Positions 16,380 to 25,829 of a DNA stretch of 64,000 nt are shown in pieces. Position 1 is the first letter of the stretch. Each line of letters starts with the position of its first letter. The stretch comes from Actinomycetota bacterium (GTDB lineage: Bacteria; Actinomycetota; Acidimicrobiia; Acidimicrobiales; Ilumatobacteraceae), in the NCBI GenBank assembly GCA_026393475.1, contig JAPLAA010000061.1, positions 21,927 through 85,926 on the forward strand. The letters run 5' to 3'. A program made the position numbers and the translations under genes. Under the pieces are notes generated by a model that ran no database searches, had not been told where the DNA came from, and was given only the letters and a program-made list of their open reading frames with translations.

Positions 16380-17753
16380 TCAGCGGGGCCGGTCGGCGAG
16401 CAGGTCGACCGCGAGGTCGGCCCACAGCTGCTCCATGAGCCCCAGCGAGTGCACGTCGACCCGCTCGTCCTTCGCGTGGAACATGGCGACGTAGTCGTCG
16501 TAGCTGAGCTCGCTCGAGAACAGGCCGTACCCGTAGGACGTGCAGCCGTGGTCGCGGAAGAAGCGGGCGTCGGTGCCGCCCGGAGTGATGGCCGGGACGC
16601 ATCGGGCGTCGGGGTACACCGAGGCCGAAGCCCGTTCGATCGAGCGCCACAGCGGTGAATCGACCGGCGATGCGGTCGCCGTCGCCCATCGCTCGTCCAT
16701 GAACTCGATCTCGACGAATGCTGCGAGCTCGCCGAGCAGGTCGGCCAGCACGGCGCGCACATGGTCGATCGTCTGGCCGGGCAACGTCCGGATGTCGACC
16801 TCGAGCTCCACACTGCCCGGGATCGTGTTGGTCTTGCCGTCGGCACGGGCGACGTTCGGCGAGATCGTGAGGTGGGTGCAGGCGTGGCAGTCGGCGGCGA
16901 AGCCGCGGTCGGGATGCGTGGTCGCCCAGTCGGTGATCGCGGTCGGGTCGAGCAGGATCGACCGCAGCTCCGGGTCGAAGCCCATCGCCTCGACATAGCC
17001 ACGCCAGGTGTCGTGGATGACGCCGAGCGGCCGGTACGCGGCCAGACGGCGGACGACCTCGGCGGCGCGGACGAGGGCGTTGTCGGCGATGAGCGGCGTC
17101 GAGCCGTGACCCGACGTGCCGTGCACGACCATGCGGCACCACGCCGCGCCCTTCTCGGCGACCAGCACCGGGAGCCGCATGCCCGACGCCGTGTGCATGG
17201 GGGTGCCGCCGCACTCGGTGAGCACGTAGTCGGCCATCACCGCATCGCGGTGGTGCTGCAGGAGCCAATCGGCCCCCGCGTGGCCGCCTGCCTCCTCGTC
17301 GGCCACGGCGGCGAACACGACGGTGCCCGGCAGCGCGACGCGGCGACGGGCGAGCTCGGCGAACGCGACGGCCATCGACGCCGTCACGCAGAGCATGTCG
17401 ATCGCGCCGCGACCCCACACCCACCCGTCGATCAGCTCGCCGCCGAACGGATCGTGCCGCCAGTCGGCCGGGTCCGCCGGCACCACGTCGGTGTGGCCGA
17501 GGAGCAGGAGGGTCGGCGCCGTCGGGTCGGTGCCCGGCAGCCGGGCGACCAGCGACTGCCGGTTCGGCAGCGGCCCGATCGACTGCAGCTCCACGCCGGG
17601 CAGGTCGACCACCGCAGTGAGCAGGTCGGCGGCGCGGGTCTCGTTGCCCGAGTCGGCGTGTCCGGTGTTCACGCAGCCGAGGCGGATCAGGTGCTGCACC
17701 AGTTCGGTCGACGCGTTCGGTGCGGCGGGGGCATGGGTGGTTCCGGTGGCCAT
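16380..17753 (-). CDS. M20/M25/M40 family metallopeptidase (dipeptidase/deacylase-like)
   Basis: LLLLGHTDVVP and AVADEEAGG metal-ligand motifs. ATG at 17753 (MATGTTHAP). The 127-codon upstream extension of the ORF is Arg/Ser-rich and overlaps the next gene's upstream region. Confidence 0.85.
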   Translation of the reverse strand: MATGTTHAPAAPNASTELVQHLIRLGCVNTGHADSGNETRAADLLTAVVDLPGVELQSIGPLPNRQSLVARLPGTDPTAPTLLLLGHTDVVPADPADWRHDPFGGELIDGWVWGRGAIDMLCVTASMAVAFAELARRRVALPGTVVFAAVADEEAGGHAGADWLLQHHRDAVMADYVLTECGGTPMHTASGMRLPVLVAEKGAAWCRMVVHGTSGHGSTPLIADNALVRAAEVVRRLAAYRPLGVIHDTWRGYVEAMGFDPELRSILLDPTAITDWATTHPDRGFAADCHACTHLTISPNVARADGKTNTIPGSVELEVDIRTLPGQTIDHVRAVLADLLGELAAFVEIEFMDERWATATASPVDSPLWRSIERASASVYPDARCVPAITPGGTDARFFRDHGCTSYGYGLFSSELSYDDYVAMFHAKDERVDVHSLGLMEQLWADLAVDLLADRPR

Positions 17754-17850
17754 CGGCCGATCGTTGCAGACGCGACGAGGAGGCGATGCCGATCGACGGG
17801 CGCCACGGGTGCCGGAGGGCCGCGCTCCCGGCTGGATAGCGTCGGCCCAC

Positions 17851-19368
17851 ATGACGGCCGAGGCAGCGACCACGAGCGACGACGCCTCGCTCGCGCCCCT
17901 CGCTTCACCCGCACCCGTCGGCTCGTCACGACTGTCGGAGCCTTCGGAGCTGTCGGAACTGTCGGCGCTGCTCCCGTTCGTCCCCCACGACCCCTGGTAC
18001 CGCGTGCGGGTGGTGGCGATGGGCGCCTGCACCGTCGCGTACCTCTGGTGGTCGCGCGTCCACGGCCTCGTCACCGATCGGATCTCCGCCGGTGTGGCGG
18101 TCGGCGTGTTCCTCCTCTGCGCCTTCGCCGGCAAGCCGTGGCGCCGATGGGGCCAGGTGGCCGGCGACGCCGTCTGCTACGCCGGGATGTGGTTCGCGTA
18201 CGAGAGCACGCGGGGAGCGGCCGACGGGCTGGGCATGCCGCTGCAGCTCGACGTGGTCCGCACCATCGACCGGATCCTGTTCCTCGGAGCGCAACCGACG
18301 GAGTGGGTGCAACGGCACTGGTACGAGGCAGGGGCGGTGCGCTGGCACGACCATGTGCTCTCGCTCGTGTACTACTCGCACTTCGTGGTGCCGGTCATGG
18401 CGGTCGCCGCGGTCTGGGCCGTCAGCCGAACGATGTGGGTGCGGTACATGCGGCGCTTCGCGACGGTAGTGGTGGCCGCGTGCCTGATGTTCGTGCTGCT
18501 GCCGACGGTGCCGCCGTGGATGGCGAGCGACGAGCGCTTCGGCTACGGCGTCGGCGAGCCGCTCGTGCGACACGTGCGCCGCGGGGTGCTCGATCTCGGC
18601 TTCACCGGGTTCGTGCACGACTGGAAGGTGGCCCTCGACTGGAGCAACGTCGTGGCGGCGATGCCGTCGTTGCATGCCGCGTTCTCGTTGTTCGTCGTCG
18701 TGTTCTTCCTGCCGATGGTGCGCCGCGGCTGGCGGATCCTGCTGTTCGCCTATCCCCTGGCGATGGCGATGGCGCTCGTGTACTTCGCCGAGCACTGGGT
18801 GATCGACGTGCTGGTGGGGTGGGCGTTGGTGGCTTCGTCGTTCGCCGCCTGGCACCGCATCGAACGTGCGGCGAGGACGAGGGACGTCGCGTCCGCACTC
18901 GCCGCGTCGGTCGTTCCCGACCTCGCCGATCGGGCGGTCGGCGATGGTGATGACGGTGGTGATGATGGTGGTGACGGACCGGCCGGTCCGTTCCTCGCGC
19001 CACGCGACCCGGCCGTCGTGCTGCTCGACCGCTCGATGCTCGACGCGCTCGTGCAGGGCGCTCCGGGCGGGACCGACGCCGACCGTGCGGCGATCGAGGC
19101 GTACACGCGTCTGCTCGCCCGTCATCTCGACGGCACGGTGCGGTTGGTCGCCCGGGCCGACCATCTGGCGACGTTCGACCTGCGCGCCAGACGAGGCGTG
19201 CTGGCGCCGATCCGCCCGGTGGCCGTGGCGACCCAGTACCGGCGACAGGCCGAGCGCCTCACTCATCTCGACCGGTTCGCCCCGCTGGCGGGTCGGCCCG
19301 ACGACCTGCTCACGCTCGTGGTCGCACGCCGCGCCCGGGCCGGCGCGATCGAGATCGCCCCCGCCTGA
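17851..19368 (+). CDS. PAP2-superfamily integral membrane protein (PAP2_3 / inositol-phosphorylceramide-synthase-like) with ~140-aa C-terminal soluble extension
   Basis: MPSLHAA and AEHWVIDVLVG (PAP2 C2/C3-like motifs) with multiple TM helices. A DGDDGGDDGGDG linker precedes the extra domain. Confidence 0.75.
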   Translation: MTAEAATTSDDASLAPLASPAPVGSSRLSEPSELSELSALLPFVPHDPWYRVRVVAMGACTVAYLWWSRVHGLVTDRISAGVAVGVFLLCAFAGKPWRRWGQVAGDAVCYAGMWFAYESTRGAADGLGMPLQLDVVRTIDRILFLGAQPTEWVQRHWYEAGAVRWHDHVLSLVYYSHFVVPVMAVAAVWAVSRTMWVRYMRRFATVVVAACLMFVLLPTVPPWMASDERFGYGVGEPLVRHVRRGVLDLGFTGFVHDWKVALDWSNVVAAMPSLHAAFSLFVVVFFLPMVRRGWRILLFAYPLAMAMALVYFAEHWVIDVLVGWALVASSFAAWHRIERAARTRDVASALAASVVPDLADRAVGDGDDGGDDGGDGPAGPFLAPRDPAVVLLDRSMLDALVQGAPGGTDADRAAIEAYTRLLARHLDGTVRLVARADHLATFDLRARRGVLAPIRPVAVATQYRRQAERLTHLDRFAPLAGRPDDLLTLVVARRARAGAIEIAPA

Positions 19369-19424
19369 TCGGCGGTTCACCGACCCATCATCCATCCCTC
19401 ACATCTCGAGCGCAGGCTGCGGGC

Positions 19425-20711
19425 ATGTCACCTGCCGTCGACACCCGCCTCTCCCCCGCCGCGGCGCGCCTCGTGCGTCGGGTCGGGTTCGGTCTCCGAC
19501 CGGAACAGCTCGGGATGCTCACCTCGCTCGACGACCGCGGCGTCGCCGAGCGGCTCCTCTCGGCGCCCACCCCGCCCGACCCCTGGGGCGACACCTCGTA
19601 CACGGTCGGGCCGAACGACGCCGGCGGCACACGGCGCCGGACGGCACTCGCAGCGATCGCCCGCTGGACCGACGCGATCGTCGCGACCGATGCACCCCTG
19701 ACCGACTGGCTGACCTGGTTCTGGCACGGCCACTTCGTGAGTGCACTGCCCGAGGTGAAGAACCCGCAGCTGATGGTCGACCAGTTGCGCCTGTTCCGCT
19801 CGCTTGGTCGCGGCGGGTTCGGCGACCTCGTCACCGCGGTGACCACCGATCCGGCGATGCTGCTGTACCTCGACGGCAACGACTCCACCGGCGCCGCCCC
19901 GAACGAGAACTACAGCCGCGAGCTCCTCGAACTGTTCACCCTCGGGCACGGCGCCTACACCGAGGCCGACATCGCTGCCGGCGCACGAGCGTTGTCGGGC
20001 TGGCGCGTCCAGCGGGCGACGGGCGTCGCATCGTTCGTCCCGCGCCGCCACGACGACACACCGCAGCCTTATCTCGGTGTGGACGGTGTGGACGGTGTCG
20101 GCGGCGTGCACGACGTGGCGTCGGTCGTCGCTGCGATCGAGGCGCAGCCGGGACTCGCGACCACGATCGCCGGCCACCTCGCCCGCGCCGTCGTGGGTCC
20201 GGCGGTCGACGACGACACCGTCGAGGCGGCCGCGACGGCGTTCCGATCCGGCGACGGCTCGATCGAGGCTGCACTGCGCACGCTGTGCATCGTCGTCGCC
20301 GACGGCGTGGACGGCGGTGGCGTGGTGTGCCCGCCCTACCCGTGGCTCGTCGCAGCCCTGCGCAGCACCGGCGCCCTGCTCGACCCGCGAGCGGCGTTCG
20401 CCCAGCTGAACGCCGCGGGTCAGGTGCCGTGGTTCGCCCCGAACGTCAGCGGCTGGCCGAGTGGCGCTGCCTGGGACAACGCCTCGACGGTGGTGGCCCG
20501 GTTCACGCTTGCGGTGGGGATCGCTGCGGCCACACCCGCCGATGCCCAGGTGCTCGCCGCCGCCGGGTCGAGCGACCCCAACGATCTGGGCGCGCTGCTC
20601 GGTCTCGCCGCGACGTGGAGCGACTCGTCGCTCGCCGCCCTCGCCGCGGTGACCGATGCGCGATCGCGCCTCGCGCTCGCGCTCACCACCCCCGAGTTCA
20701 TCACCGTCTGA
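19425..20711 (+). CDS. DUF1800 family protein
   Basis: WFWHGHFVS, MLLYLDGNDS and NENYSRELLELFTLG are characteristic DUF1800 motifs. Confidence 0.85.
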   Translation: MSPAVDTRLSPAAARLVRRVGFGLRPEQLGMLTSLDDRGVAERLLSAPTPPDPWGDTSYTVGPNDAGGTRRRTALAAIARWTDAIVATDAPLTDWLTWFWHGHFVSALPEVKNPQLMVDQLRLFRSLGRGGFGDLVTAVTTDPAMLLYLDGNDSTGAAPNENYSRELLELFTLGHGAYTEADIAAGARALSGWRVQRATGVASFVPRRHDDTPQPYLGVDGVDGVGGVHDVASVVAAIEAQPGLATTIAGHLARAVVGPAVDDDTVEAAATAFRSGDGSIEAALRTLCIVVADGVDGGGVVCPPYPWLVAALRSTGALLDPRAAFAQLNAAGQVPWFAPNVSGWPSGAAWDNASTVVARFTLAVGIAAATPADAQVLAAAGSSDPNDLGALLGLAATWSDSSLAALAAVTDARSRLALALTTPEFITV

Positions 20712-20728
20712 TCCCTCCGGAGCGCACC

Positions 20729-22162
20729 ATGAGCCCCCTTCCTCCCCCTGGTTCCCACACCCCTCCGCTGTCTCCGCTGCCCCCGCAGCGGCCGCCCGAA
20801 CCGGTGACCGGGTCCCCGTCGTCGGTGTCGCGTCGCGCGCTGCTGTTCGGCGCCGGCGGCCTGGTGATCACCACCGGCGGGGTCGCGGCCTGGCTCGCGA
20901 CCGGGTCGAACCGCTCGGGAAGCCCGTCGTCGTCACGCGCATCGTCACCCTCGTCCACGACCTCGACGCCGACTGCCCCGGCCTCCACGGCGCTGGTGCC
21001 CGATCCGGCCGCGGCCGCGCCCGTGACGCCGCCGAGCACACCCGCAACGGCCACCGATCGGGTGCTCGTCGTGGTGCAGCTCAGCGGCGGCAACGACGCG
21101 CTGAACACCCTCGTGCCGGTGGTGGGCGGGTACCACGACGCGCGACCGTCGCTCGGCCTGGCCGACGAGTCGCTGCTCGTCGTCCCTGGCGATGCGGCGC
21201 TCGGCCTCCACCCGGCGCTCGCACCGCTCGCACCCTTCCTCGCCGACGGACGGCTCGGCGTGGTGGCGGGCGTCGGGTTCGAGCAACCCGACCGGAGCCA
21301 CTTCGCGGCGCTCGACATGTGGTGTTCGGCGGCGCCCGACCAGACCTTCCGCACCGGCTGGCTCGGCCGCTGGCTCGATCTGGCCGTCATCGACGCGGAC
21401 GCCGACCTGACCGGCGCCACGGCCGGCCTGCTCTCGGCCATCGGGCTCGGTGGCGCCGTTCCGGCGCTCCGGGCCGAACGGGTGCAGGCGATCGGCGTCG
21501 GCAAGATCGACCGCTTCGTCCTCCCCTCCGGCGACCCTGGGCTGGTGGATGCGTGGGCCGGACTCGGCGGGGCGCACACCGCCGCTCGCCTCGCCACGGA
21601 CATCTTCGCCGAACTCGCGGCAGCCACGGCCGGTGACGACACCGGCTCCGCACCGGGCGACGGCGATCGGGTGACCGATCGGCTCGCGGTCGCGGCGGAA
21701 CTCATCGTCACGCGTCCCGACGTCCGCGTCGTCCACGTCACGATGGGCAGCTTCGACACGCACGCGAACCAACTCGACACCCACGCCGGTCTGCTCGGCG
21801 AGCTCGCACAGGGCCTCGCGACGTTCCAGCAGCGAATCGACGACGCCGGGATGTCCGATCGTGTGCTCGTGATCACCACCAGCGAGTTCGGGCGCCGCAT
21901 CGCCGAGAACGGCAGCGGCGGCACCGATCACGGCAAGGCCGGAGTGCTGTTCGTCCTCGGCGGCGCAGTGCAGACCGAGGGCACCGCTGTGTTCGGCTCG
22001 ATCGACCCCGGAGACCTCGTCGACGGCGACCTGCGTCCAGTGGTCGACCCCCGGTCGGCCTACGCCTCGGCGCTCGACTGGCTGAGCATCGATCCGTCGG
22101 GAGCGATCGCCGACACGGTGGTCGGTGGCGGGTTCGAGCGGCTCCCGTTCCTCACGCCGTGA
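20729..22162 (+). CDS. DUF1501 family protein (sulfatase-like fold), candidate Tat-exported
   Basis: SRRALLFGAGGL twin-arginine-like N-terminus. GSFDTHANQ, TSEFGRR and GTDHG motifs. ATG at 20729, in-frame within a 1098-aa artefactual ORF. Confidence 0.85.
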   Translation: MSPLPPPGSHTPPLSPLPPQRPPEPVTGSPSSVSRRALLFGAGGLVITTGGVAAWLATGSNRSGSPSSSRASSPSSTTSTPTAPASTALVPDPAAAAPVTPPSTPATATDRVLVVVQLSGGNDALNTLVPVVGGYHDARPSLGLADESLLVVPGDAALGLHPALAPLAPFLADGRLGVVAGVGFEQPDRSHFAALDMWCSAAPDQTFRTGWLGRWLDLAVIDADADLTGATAGLLSAIGLGGAVPALRAERVQAIGVGKIDRFVLPSGDPGLVDAWAGLGGAHTAARLATDIFAELAAATAGDDTGSAPGDGDRVTDRLAVAAELIVTRPDVRVVHVTMGSFDTHANQLDTHAGLLGELAQGLATFQQRIDDAGMSDRVLVITTSEFGRRIAENGSGGTDHGKAGVLFVLGGAVQTEGTAVFGSIDPGDLVDGDLRPVVDPRSAYASALDWLSIDPSGAIADTVVGGGFERLPFLTP

Positions 22163-22192
22163 TCGGGACAGCGACCCGGGCCACCCGCGGGG

Positions 22193-22918
22193 TCACTGGA
22201 GTCCGGCGTAGGAGCCCCCGTCGACGTGCAGCTGCAGCCCGGTGACGAACCTGGCCTGGTCGCCGCACAGGAACGTGACGATCGAGCCGAAGTCGGCCGG
22301 GTCGCCGATCGGGCCGAGGTTCGACGCGTCGCCGTAGAGCTGGGTGACGCGGTCGGTCGCATGGAGCCCCGGCTGCACCGAGTTCACGGTGACCCCGTCG
22401 GCCGCGACCTCGCGGGCGACCGTCTTCAGGAAGCCGGTGACGCCGGCCCGCGCGGTGTTCGACAGGATCAGCGTCGGGATCGGCTGACGCACCGACACCG
22501 AGGTGATCGCGACGAACCGGCCCCACCGCTGCTCGCGCATCGCCGGGATCGCGGTCTTCGCCATGCCCACCACGCTCATCAGCGACAGGTCGAGCGCCGG
22601 TTCGTACAGGTCGATCGGGGTCGACTCGAAGGTGCCACCCGGCGGCCCGCCGGCGTTGGCGACCACGATGTCGAGCCCGCCGAGCGCCTCGGCGGCAGCA
22701 GCGACGAACGCCGCCCCGCCTGCGGCGTCGGCCACGTCCTGGACAACGGCGATGCAGCCGTTGCCGATCCGGGCGGCCGCGTCGTCGATGCGAGCCCGGT
22801 CGCGACCGCAGATCACGACCTGCGCGCCTTCCGCAGCGAGGGCCTGGGCAGAGGCGAAACCGAGACCGGCCGAGGCCGCGGCGACGGCGGCACGACGGCC
22901 GGAGAGTCCGAGATCCAT
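22193..22918 (-). CDS. short-chain dehydrogenase/reductase family protein (divergent active site)
   Basis: AAVAAASAGLGFA glycine-rich NAD(P) motif, then NAGG. The region where YxxxK is expected reads LSNTARAGV. Confidence 0.85.
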   Translation of the reverse strand: MDLGLSGRRAAVAAASAGLGFASAQALAAEGAQVVICGRDRARIDDAAARIGNGCIAVVQDVADAAGGAAFVAAAAEALGGLDIVVANAGGPPGGTFESTPIDLYEPALDLSLMSVVGMAKTAIPAMREQRWGRFVAITSVSVRQPIPTLILSNTARAGVTGFLKTVAREVAADGVTVNSVQPGLHATDRVTQLYGDASNLGPIGDPADFGSIVTFLCGDQARFVTGLQLHVDGGSYAGLQ

Positions 22919-23022
22919 GTGGCGGACCGTAGTCGTCGACGGACGGTGGAGACGGGCCGTCTCGGGTAGCGTGACGCCGAACGCCGCATCTCAAGGCACG
23001 CAGCTGGTTGGTGATACCTCAC

Positions 23023-24456
23023 ATGGCGATCGAAGACGACGAATCCGGCATCCGGGAGTTCCACCTGGACGCCATCGCCGATGCAGACCCGTACCCGTAC
23101 TGGTACGAGGACGCCGACGAGCCCGACAGCAACCCCACGCTGGTGCGCACCGAGACGTGCGACCTGTGCATCGTCGGCGGCGGCTACACGGGACTGTGGA
23201 CCGCGCTGATCGCGAAGGAACGCGACCCGAGCCGCGACGTGGTGCTCATCGACGCCCACGAGATCGGCTCGGCGGCGAGCGGCCGCAACGGCGGGTTCAT
23301 GGAGTCGAGCCTCACCCACGGGGTCGCCAACGGCCAGGAGCGCTTTCCCGACGAGCTCGCCCTGCTCGAGGAGCTGGGGTTGAAGAACCTCAACGACATC
23401 GAGGCGGCGATCAAGCGGTACAACATCGACTGCGACTACGAGCGCACCGGCGTGATCGACGTGGCCACCCAGTTCCACTCGGCCTCGTATCTGCCCGAAC
23501 TGCGCGACGACTTCACGCACCTGCGTTCGCTCGGTCAGAAGGTGGAGTTGCTCGACGCCGAGGGGATGCGCCGCCAGGTCAACTCCCCTACCTACACGGG
23601 TGGTCTGTGGCGCAAGGACCGGGCCGCGATCGTCGACCCGGCACGCCTCGTCTGGGGGCTCAAGTCGGCCTGCATGTCCCTCGGCGTGCGCATCTACGAA
23701 GACACCAAGGCGACGTCGATCGAGAAGGACGGCGTGGGCGTGCTCATCAACACGCCGCTCGGCCGGGTGCGCGCCGGCAAGGTGGCGCTCGCGACCAACG
23801 CGTTCAAGCCGCTGCTGAACCGGATCGGCCACTACATCGCACCGGTCTACGACTACTGCATGGTCACCGAGCCGCTCACCAACGCCCAGTTGGCCGAGAT
23901 CGGCTGGACCAACCGGCAGGGCCTCAGCGACATCGCCAACCAGTTCCACTACTACCGGCTCACCGAGGACAACCGGATCCTGTGGGGCGGCTACGACGCC
24001 ATCTACTTCTGGCGCGGCAAGGTGAACACCGAACTCGAGAGCCGACCCGAGACGTGGGCCAAGTTGAGCAAGCACTTCTTCGACACGTTCCCGCAGCTCG
24101 AAGGCGTGAAGTTCACACACATGTGGGGCGGTGCGATCGACACGTGCAGCCGGTTCTGCGTGTTCTGGGGCCAGGCGTGGCAGGGCCGCGTCGCCTACGC
24201 CCTCGGCTACACCGGGCTCGGCGTCGCGTCCACCCGCTTCGGCGGCGAGGTCATGCTCGACCTGCTCGACGGCAAGCGATCGATGGCCACCCAGACCAAG
24301 TTCGTGCAGGAGAAGCCCTTGCCGTTCCCACCCGAGCCGTTCCGCTTCATCGGCATCCAGGCAACGCGCTGGTCGCTCGATCGCGAGGACAAGACGGGCA
24401 AGCGCAACCTGTGGTTGCAAGGACTCGACCGCTTCGGCCTCGGGTTCGACTCGTGA
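23023..24456 (+). CDS. FAD-dependent oxidoreductase (DAO family)
   Basis: CIVGGGYTGLWTA dinucleotide motif and GRNGGF. ATG at 23023 (alternative TTG at 23008). Confidence 0.87.
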   Translation: MAIEDDESGIREFHLDAIADADPYPYWYEDADEPDSNPTLVRTETCDLCIVGGGYTGLWTALIAKERDPSRDVVLIDAHEIGSAASGRNGGFMESSLTHGVANGQERFPDELALLEELGLKNLNDIEAAIKRYNIDCDYERTGVIDVATQFHSASYLPELRDDFTHLRSLGQKVELLDAEGMRRQVNSPTYTGGLWRKDRAAIVDPARLVWGLKSACMSLGVRIYEDTKATSIEKDGVGVLINTPLGRVRAGKVALATNAFKPLLNRIGHYIAPVYDYCMVTEPLTNAQLAEIGWTNRQGLSDIANQFHYYRLTEDNRILWGGYDAIYFWRGKVNTELESRPETWAKLSKHFFDTFPQLEGVKFTHMWGGAIDTCSRFCVFWGQAWQGRVAYALGYTGLGVASTRFGGEVMLDLLDGKRSMATQTKFVQEKPLPFPPEPFRFIGIQATRWSLDREDKTGKRNLWLQGLDRFGLGFDS

Positions 24457-25745
24457 GCGCCGCCAGCCTGCTCGCCTCGAAGCGGGTCACCGATCCGGCG
24501 GCGTTCGTCGACCGCCTCGTCCCGGGCGCCGAGGTGATCGTGCCGATCGCCAACGGCGAGCCCGTCCATCTGCTCGACGCGCTCGAGGCCAACGCCGATC
24601 GGCTCGAGGGCGTCACGGTGCACCAGATGCACGCCCTGCGCGACCGGCCAACCCTCCACGGTGCCTATGGCGAGCGCCTGCGCCATGTCTCGTACTTCCT
24701 GTCGCACATCACCCGCCCGTGCTTCCACGAGGGTCACGTCGACCTCGTCCCGAACCACTTCTCCGAGGTGTACGACCTCATCCGACGCCGCGCCGCACAC
24801 CCGTACGTCATCGCCGCAGCGTCCCCTCCCGATCAACACGGCAACTTCTCGCTCGGGGTGAGCGCCGACTATGTCGCCAGCTTCATCGGGCGCGCGCCGT
24901 TCTTCATCGAGGTCAACGACCAGATGCCGCGCACGTCGGGTCGCAATCAGATCCACGTGTCACAGATCGACGGCTACATCGAGACCGACTACCCACTGCT
25001 CGAGGTGCCGCCCGCGCAGCCCACCGACGTCGACCGGCTCATCGGTGGCTTCGTCGCCGAGCGGGTGCGCCACGGCAGCACCCTGCAGGCCGGCATCGGT
25101 GCGATCCCGAACGCCGTGCTCGCCCACCTGAAGGACCACGTCGACATGGGCGTGCACACCGAGCTCATCTCCGACGGCCTCATCGACCTGATCGAGGCGG
25201 GCGTGGTGAACGGGGTGAAGAAGGCGAACAACCGGCTGAAGGTGATCGGCACGTTCGCGCTCGGCACGCAGCGTCTGTACGACTTCATCCACGACAACCC
25301 GACGATCGAGATGTGGTCGGCGAGGTACGTGAACGACCCGCGGGTCATCTCGCGCGACGTCGACTTCGTGTCGATCAACGCGAGCCTCGCGGTCGACTTC
25401 CTCGGACAGTGCGCGAGCGAGACCATCAACGGCCGCTACTACTCGTCGTCGGGCGGGCAGAGCGACTTCGCCCGCGGCGCCGCGTACAGCCCCGGTGGGC
25501 AGAGCTTCATCGTGCTGCAGAGCACCGCCAAGGGCGGCGAACTGAGCCGCATCGTGCCTCAGCTGTCGCCCGGCGACGTCGTCACGACGGTGAAGAACAC
25601 CGTCGACATGGTGGTCACCGAGTACGGCGTCGCCGAACTGCGCGGCCGCACCATCAGGGAGCGCACCCGAGCGCTCATCGCCGTCGCCCATCCCTCGTTC
25701 CGCGACGAACTCACCGCCACGGCGAAGGCGTTGCGCTACCTCTGA
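24453..25745 (+). CDS. acetyl-CoA hydrolase/transferase family protein (4-hydroxybutyrate CoA-transferase-like)
   Basis: SSSGGQSDF motif and overall family similarity. The GTG start overlaps the upstream stop (GTGA). Confidence 0.87.
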   Translation: MSAASLLASKRVTDPAAFVDRLVPGAEVIVPIANGEPVHLLDALEANADRLEGVTVHQMHALRDRPTLHGAYGERLRHVSYFLSHITRPCFHEGHVDLVPNHFSEVYDLIRRRAAHPYVIAAASPPDQHGNFSLGVSADYVASFIGRAPFFIEVNDQMPRTSGRNQIHVSQIDGYIETDYPLLEVPPAQPTDVDRLIGGFVAERVRHGSTLQAGIGAIPNAVLAHLKDHVDMGVHTELISDGLIDLIEAGVVNGVKKANNRLKVIGTFALGTQRLYDFIHDNPTIEMWSARYVNDPRVISRDVDFVSINASLAVDFLGQCASETINGRYYSSSGGQSDFARGAAYSPGGQSFIVLQSTAKGGELSRIVPQLSPGDVVTTVKNTVDMVVTEYGVAELRGRTIRERTRALIAVAHPSFRDELTATAKALRYL

Positions 25746-25829
25746 CATCCGCGACGGATCTCCGCGAGCAGGTTGACAACGGGCCTGGTGAGGCGGACGG
25801 TCAGGAGCCGTTCCCGTCCGGAGGATCCC

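Noticed and set aside
14860-17850. Very long ORFs lie antisense to or out of frame with the genes called here. Examples: 14860-17850 (996 aa), 16761-18950 (729 aa), 56564-59056 (830 aa), 39196-40932 (578 aa), 45718-47271 (517 aa), 1558-2793 and 9322-10947.
   Set aside because: Their translations are dominated by Arg/Pro/Gly/Ala/His runs with no recognisable motifs. They overlap ORFs that carry clear family signatures. Long stop-free alternative frames are expected in very GC-rich DNA.
22503-25745. Several composite ORFs in the track look like giant fusion proteins or long N-terminal extensions: 22503-25745, 18866-22162, 12388-13911, 11135-12736, 47076-48512, 47627-49792, 58168-59928, 59142-60875, 28038-30233 and 16380-18134.
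   Set aside because: In each case the N-terminal part is low-complexity Arg/Pro-rich read-through over the neighbouring gene. An internal ATG or GTG sits exactly at a stop/start overlap or after an SD, and the recognisable domain begins there. I trimmed the starts accordingly.
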